Assembly (NCBI GenBank): GCA_937889945.1
Contig: CALBZC010000026.1
Location: 64,871 to 128,870 of the forward strand
Origin: an uncultured Bacteroidales bacterium
Lineage (GTDB): Bacteria > Bacteroidota > Bacteroidia > Bacteroidales > UBA4417
Length of the DNA: 64,000 bases
Direction of reading: 5' to 3'
The translations under genes were made by a program, and so were the position numbers. Positions 59,015-64,000 of this stretch are shown piece after piece. The stretch's first letter is position 1. The number at the start of each line of letters is the position of its first letter. The notes under the pieces were generated by a model, which did not search any database, was not told the origin of the DNA, and saw only the letters and a list, made by a program, of their open reading frames with translations.

Positions 59015-60129
59015 GAAAGTTATATTATATATTACAAAAGGAATTCAGGCAACTCAAGCGCGACAAAATGATTGTTGTAATTATGCTTGCGGTACCTATT
59101 TTGCAACTGCTCATATTGCCCTGGGCTGCCGATATGGATGTGAGACATGTGAAAATTGCGGTGGTTGATAACGACCAAAGCTCATACGCACGTCAATTAA
59201 TTTCAAAAATAACTTCATCAGGAAATTTCGAGCTCGCAAGCCATACTTTCTCGTACCAACAAGCTACACAAGATATTGAAGAAGACAACGCAGATATTAT
59301 ACTCACCATTCCTCCTCATTTTGAAAGAAACCTGATACGCGAAAACAAACAACAAGTTTCCATTACGGCTAATGCCATCAACGGTATTAAAGCGGGCTTA
59401 GGCACTGCATATTTAAATTCCATTATACGCGACTTCAATATGCAAATACGCGTGGAATGGTTGCCCGAAGCTGTGCTGGACAAAAACCTTCCCATCCAAA
59501 CTACTTCTTCCGCCCTTTTCAACCCACATGCCAATTACAGGTTTTATATGGTTCCCGCTATTTTAGTATTATTACTTACGGTAGTAGGGGCGTTTTTAAC
59601 TTCATTAAATATTGTAAAAGAAAAGGAAATAGGCACAATAGAACAAATAAACGTAACACCTATAAAAAAATGGGAATTTATTCTCGGCAAGCTAATCCCC
59701 TTTTGGATTATAAGTTTGTTCGTTTTCTCGCTTGGCTTACTTATCACACGATTTGTATATGGCATCCCTATTGTAGGCAACATAGGCACATTATACCTGT
59801 TCACAAACCTTTATATTATAGGCATCCTTGGTTTTGGACTGCTCATTTCCAACTTTAGCCAAACGCAGCAACAATCTATGTTTATCAGTTTCTTTTTCGT
59901 AATGATATTTATATTGATGAGCGGATTATTCACATCCACTGCCAGCATGCCGGCATGGGCAAAAGTTATATCCAACGGCGTACCCATCACACATTATATG
60001 AAAGCCGTGAGAGCGCTGGTGCTAAAAGGAAGCTCATTTATGGATTTGTGGCAATTAGCGGTTTACCTCGTTATTTTTGCCTTAGTGCTAAACATGTTGG
60101 CTATATTGAGTTATAAGAAAACGAGTTAA
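59011..60129 (+). CDS. ABC-2 family permease (YbhS/YbhR-like)
   Basis: ATGA overlap with the preceding permease and the same topology. 372 aa. Confidence 0.8.
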   Translation: MRKLYYILQKEFRQLKRDKMIVVIMLAVPILQLLILPWAADMDVRHVKIAVVDNDQSSYARQLISKITSSGNFELASHTFSYQQATQDIEEDNADIILTIPPHFERNLIRENKQQVSITANAINGIKAGLGTAYLNSIIRDFNMQIRVEWLPEAVLDKNLPIQTTSSALFNPHANYRFYMVPAILVLLLTVVGAFLTSLNIVKEKEIGTIEQINVTPIKKWEFILGKLIPFWIISLFVFSLGLLITRFVYGIPIVGNIGTLYLFTNLYIIGILGFGLLISNFSQTQQQSMFISFFFVMIFILMSGLFTSTASMPAWAKVISNGVPITHYMKAVRALVLKGSSFMDLWQLAVYLVIFALVLNMLAILSYKKTS

Positions 60130-60186
60130 TTATGTATTGGAATAACCACAGGTATCTGACGTGTGGCAGCCTTAAAAGTTAATATT

Positions 60187-60828
60187 TTATTTAGCTTCTA
60201 TAACTTGAATATATGTATTTTCTACTAAATTTTTTACTTCTTCGAAGTCATGTCCCAGATATATACAAGTCATAGGTTGAACACGTTGCGAATACCTTAT
60301 TTTCAACCGGTCTTCTTTGATATATGAATTTAACAGCTTAATTACTTTTTGTGTGTATTCCTCCATGTAATTATCCGAATTTTTACAATTATCATTTTGT
60401 TCTCTTTTATCATATTTAGAATTATAGAAAATATCTTCTTCCCATGGCTTAAGCTTTAGAAACTTCTTTTTTAAAATATTATATGTCTCTATATCAATAT
60501 TCATTACCCAATACAAAAAGTTTGGATTAGGGTTTTCATGCGAGCTGATAAGATATATTTGCTCCGGTGTAATTTTTATTTCATAACGTCCGTCTATGCA
60601 CCATGAATTCCAAAATATCCCAACAGGATAATTCTTCTTTTTATCTTTCGAAGGATAAAACTCAATGGGCATTACCAATCCTTTCACAGAATCTGTTAGA
60701 TAGTTTAACGGAATATAATTATAGGTATCTTTGCTTATAACCTCTTTTATTTTGCTTTTCCCCTGTTGCGCCCGTAACGCACAAGTTACAAAACATAACA
60801 ATAATACAAATCCAATTTTTTTAATCAT
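60187..60828 (-). CDS. secreted hypothetical protein
   Basis: Signal peptide (LLLCFVTCALRAQQ). 213 aa with no recognisable motifs. Confidence 0.45.
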   Translation of the reverse strand: MIKKIGFVLLLCFVTCALRAQQGKSKIKEVISKDTYNYIPLNYLTDSVKGLVMPIEFYPSKDKKKNYPVGIFWNSWCIDGRYEIKITPEQIYLISSHENPNPNFLYWVMNIDIETYNILKKKFLKLKPWEEDIFYNSKYDKREQNDNCKNSDNYMEEYTQKVIKLLNSYIKEDRLKIRYSQRVQPMTCIYLGHDFEEVKNLVENTYIQVIEAK

Positions 60829-61068
60829 TTTTTTCGTTTCTAAATCTACTTAGCCTGACGCAAGTATCCGACCTCTGCCCATCTTTAAAGAAATGAAAAT
60901 ATTATTTATACTTTATTTATATAAATGTTCAAATAATTTATCTTTATTATATGTTTTCATGTAGTTTTTCTCACATAGGCTGGCGCAGCTATCCGATCCA
61001 TGCCACTATTTTTGCCATTCAATTATAATAAATATTCAACAAAAGACCTGCGCCAACATTTTTGTACA

Positions 61069-62157
61069 TTAATTAAACCTATACCCCGCCTTGCGCATAT
61101 CGGCAGCAGATTTAAAAGGCATTGGAGGGGTCATGTATTTTTCTAAAAATTTATAAATCGTGTAGCGTATATCGGTAGCTTCTTTCATATCCAAGCGGTC
61201 GAAAGCATGCCCTCCTGATGATTTTTCAAAGATTTTGTATTCAAATTTCTTATTGTAAGCTTTCAATGAATCTATCATTTGTTTTGGTTCTTCCACATAC
61301 ACATCATTGTCATTGGTATTGGTATGAATAAGCAAAGGCTTGTTCAGGTTTTTGGCGTAGTGTGTAGGCGAACGGCGGATATATTCCTGCGGGTCTTCTT
61401 TCAAGGTTTTTCCAATGAAATAAGAAGCCGAAAAATTTTCCATATAATCCGCCTCGTGAGAGGTGAGCCTGTTATGCAAATCGCTCACCGGCACGCCAGC
61501 AAAGGCGCAGGTATAAGCCTCCGGATGTTGCAACAGTTGCATCAAGGCTATCATACCACCATGACTCCATCCCACAACAGCAATTCTGTTTTTATCGATA
61601 AAACTATAATTTTCAACCATGTAATTGCGGCTTTCCAACACATCATCATTCTCTCTTCCGCCATAGTCAATATTTTCATATACATCTTTCCCGTATCCCG
61701 TGCTTCCTCTATACTCAGGCGCAACCACCACGTAGCCTTGCGCAATCATTTCGCGCACAATATGCGTGTGGTATGTTGTAAAATCGGCATGCACACCCCC
61801 GTGAGGCAACACAATCAAAGGATATTTCTTAGTAATATTAATATTCTTAGGTATAAACACATAGGATTGAAACTGCAACTTATTATCGGCAAAACGATCG
61901 TTTTTTGATTTGGGTTTCCAGCGCGGGGTGCTCGTTATTTTTACTTTATCAATAAAAGCAACATCTCCAACCCTGTTAAACCATAGGTTATCGTCAATTT
62001 GCTTAAGAATCATATCATAGGTATGCGACTGATTTTCTACTTGTTTTTTCAAAGATTTAATTTCTTTAAGCAACAAAGAATCCGTTTGTTGGGCAAAAAC
62101 CGGAGCTGTGCATAAAAGCACAAAAAACACTAAAAGGAAAAGATAAATTTTACGCAT
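61069..62157 (-). CDS. S9-family serine peptidase / alpha-beta hydrolase
   Basis: Signal peptide, nucleophile elbow GWSHGG, later Asp (NDNDV) and GGHAF His region. 362 aa. Confidence 0.75.
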   Translation of the reverse strand: MRKIYLFLLVFFVLLCTAPVFAQQTDSLLLKEIKSLKKQVENQSHTYDMILKQIDDNLWFNRVGDVAFIDKVKITSTPRWKPKSKNDRFADNKLQFQSYVFIPKNINITKKYPLIVLPHGGVHADFTTYHTHIVREMIAQGYVVVAPEYRGSTGYGKDVYENIDYGGRENDDVLESRNYMVENYSFIDKNRIAVVGWSHGGMIALMQLLQHPEAYTCAFAGVPVSDLHNRLTSHEADYMENFSASYFIGKTLKEDPQEYIRRSPTHYAKNLNKPLLIHTNTNDNDVYVEEPKQMIDSLKAYNKKFEYKIFEKSSGGHAFDRLDMKEATDIRYTIYKFLEKYMTPPMPFKSAADMRKAGYRFN

Positions 62158-62244
62158 GGTTAATTATTTTTGGATTTTAAAAGTAGTAAAAAAATGAAAA
62201 CACTTACTTTTATATGCAAATTAAACACGGCTTATCTTATTTTT

Positions 62245-64000
62245 ATGAAACGCTTATTAATTCTTCTATACATTATGGCTAACGCTTGCATGGCTTTAGG
62301 ACAGAAACAACCGGCTTCTTATGTTGATCCTTTTATCGGCACCGATCACATGGGACACACCTATCCGGGCGCCACGGTACCGTTTGGCATGGTGCAACTA
62401 AGTCCCGAAACTGATACGGTGCCTTATTCCATAGGAAAAGGCTATAATCCAAAAGTGTATGAATACTGCGCGGGTTATCAATACAAAGACAAAACCATTG
62501 TAGGATTTAGCCACACACACTTCTCAGGCACGGGACATAGCGATTTAGGCGATTTTTTGCTTATGCCTGTCAACGGCGCGCTAAAACTGAACCCCGGCAC
62601 ATCAGACAAACCTTTGTCCGGTTACAGAAGCAGGTTTTCCCACAGCCACGAATCTGCAAAAGCAGGTTATTATTCTGTTTTATTAGATGATTATAATATT
62701 CTCGCGGAATTAACCGCTACCACGCGTGTAGGATTTCATCGCTACACGTTTAACAAAGCAGATAGCCCGAAGTTGATATTTGATATGACTTCCGGCATCT
62801 ATAATTATGATGGCAAAAATATTTGGTGCTTCGCACGTGTAGAAAATGATACACTTATTACAGGCTATCGCCAAACGCGAGGATGGGCACGCAACAAGTA
62901 TATATATTTCGCCATGGTTGTTTCCAAGCCCATTAAACGGTATGGTTATCAAGGCGACGAGAAGGTTACATACAATGGATTTTACAGAAAATTTAATGAG
63001 CGTGAAAATTTTCCCGAGATGGCAGGTAAAAGCGTGAAAGCTTGGTTTGAATTTGATATTAAGGAAGGAGAACAATTATTAGTGAAGGTAGCTTTATCAT
63101 CGGTAAGCACGGAAGGCGCTTTAAGGAATCTGCAAGTTGAAGTTCCGCATTTCAATTTTGAAAAGGTAAAAGATGATGCTTTTAATGTTTGGAATAATGA
63201 GCTCAGCAAAGTAAAAATCGACGCTTCGGAAGATAAAAAGAAGAATTTTTACACTTCCATGTATCATTTCATGATTTCGCCTACTATCTACATGGACGTC
63301 GACGGGCAATATCGCGGTTTAGACCAAAATATACATAAAGCCGAAGGCTTCACCAATTATACTACTTTTTCGTTATGGGATACTTACCGTGCTTCGCACC
63401 CGCTTTTCACGTTGTTACAACCAAAAAGAGCAAGCGATATGGTTAATTCCATGCTCGCCCATCAGCAACAAAGCGTGCATAAAATCCTACCTATCTGGTC
63501 GCATCATGCTAACGAGAACTGGTGCATGATTGGTTATCACGCGGTTTCCGTGATTGCCGACGCGTACATGAAAGGGCTTAAAGGATTTGACGAGAATAAA
63601 GCATTGGAAGCCATGCAGGCAAGCGCTAATTACGATATGTATGATGGCATTGGAGCCTACAAGCAATACGGATATGTTCCGGCTGATTTGAGCAGCAACT
63701 CAGCTTCAAAAACCTTAGAATATGCTTATGACGACTATTGTATAGCACAAATGGCAAATAAAATGGGGAAAAATGATATTGCCGAAAAATATTATACACG
63801 CGCAGCCTCTTTTGCATCCTTATTCGATAAAAATACAGGATTTATCCGTCCTAAAAATGCAGATGGTTCATGGGTTAAAAATTTTGACCCGCTTGCAACC
63901 GAAGGACAAGGATTTATTGAAGGTAATGCGTGGAATTATTCTTTGTACGTTCCTCATAATATCAGCAAATTGATTGATTGGGCGGGCGGGAATGATAAAT
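62245..64000 (+). CDS. GH92 family alpha-mannosidase (5' part; continues beyond the window)
   Basis: Not in the ORF track because no stop occurs in the window. My translation from the ATG at 62245 is MKRLLILLYIMANACMALGQKQPASYVDPFIGTDHMGHTYPGATVPFGMVQLSPETDT..., the conserved GH92 N-terminal signature. The frame stays open to 64000. Confidence 0.8.
   Translation, partial: MKRLLILLYIMANACMALGQKQPASYVDPFIGTDHMGHTYPGATVPFGMVQLSPETDTVPYSIGKGYNPKVYEYCAGYQYKDKTIVGFSHTHFSGTGHSDLGDFLLMPVNGALKLNPGTSDKPLSGYRSRFSHSHESAKAGYYSVLLDDYNILAELTATTRVGFHRYTFNKADSPKLIFDMTSGIYNYDGKNIWCFARVENDTLITGYRQTRGWARNKYIYFAMVVSKPIKRYGYQGDEKVTYNGFYRKFNERENFPEMAGKSVKAWFEFDIKEGEQLLVKVALSSVSTEGALRNLQVEVPHFNFEKVKDDAFNVWNNELSKVKIDASEDKKKNFYTSMYHFMISPTIYMDVDGQYRGLDQNIHKAEGFTNYTTFSLWDTYRASHPLFTLLQPKRASDMVNSMLAHQQQSVHKILPIWSHHANENWCMIGYHAVSVIADAYMKGLKGFDENKALEAMQASANYDMYDGIGAYKQYGYVPADLSSNSASKTLEYAYDDYCIAQMANKMGKNDIAEKYYTRAASFASLFDKNTGFIRPKNADGSWVKNFDPLATEGQGFIEGNAWNYSLYVPHNISKLIDWAGGNDK

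Overview
AT-rich chromosomal segment with the hallmarks of a Bacteroidota genome. TAnnTTTG -7 promoter boxes sit 15-60 nt upstream of several starts. There are CarboxypepD_reg-type TonB-dependent receptors, a PorW/SprE-like TPR lipoprotein, and grpE-dnaJ without dnaK. All calls come from reading the sequence and recognising motifs; no database search was possible.

Most of the window is housekeeping:
- cobalamin genes cobQ-cobD-cbiB (88-3513)
- grpE/dnaJ
- two ABC-2 exporter systems, one of them a TetR-TolC-HlyD-2xATPase-2xpermease cluster (53.3-60.1 kb)
- a sigma-54 response regulator followed by an Smr protein
- RNase P RNA (16853-17253)
- ade, dinB, rseP, dxr, folE, rlmN, mazG and a MATE pump
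- a 5'-partial GH92 mannosidase that runs off the window end (62245-64000) and is absent from the ORF track

The accessory part is 3.5-9.1 kb. It holds two co-oriented CRISPR arrays transcribed on the minus strand: 38 repeats with 37 spacers at 4456-6926, and 3 repeats at 8797-8959. Their 30-bp repeats are related but distinct, and each array abuts a copy of a duplicated ~155-bp leader. No cas gene is recognisable anywhere in the 64 kb.

The only gene between the arrays is a class II Fic (AMPylase-type) gene, preceded by an 11-mer direct-repeat cluster and a 114-bp element bounded by inverted repeats. The old end of the large array is fused to the N-terminal ~175 codons of a phage tape-measure-like gene. 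That 0.85-kb insert is itself bracketed on the far side by a relic CRISPR repeat (3573-3609).

A second region of interest is 18.7-24.4 kb. It is a tandem duplication of a two-gene module: a ~115-aa two-TM protein with a conserved His cluster and no Met codon, followed by a TonB-dependent receptor with a CQNCG motif. I cannot assign the small protein to a characterised family.
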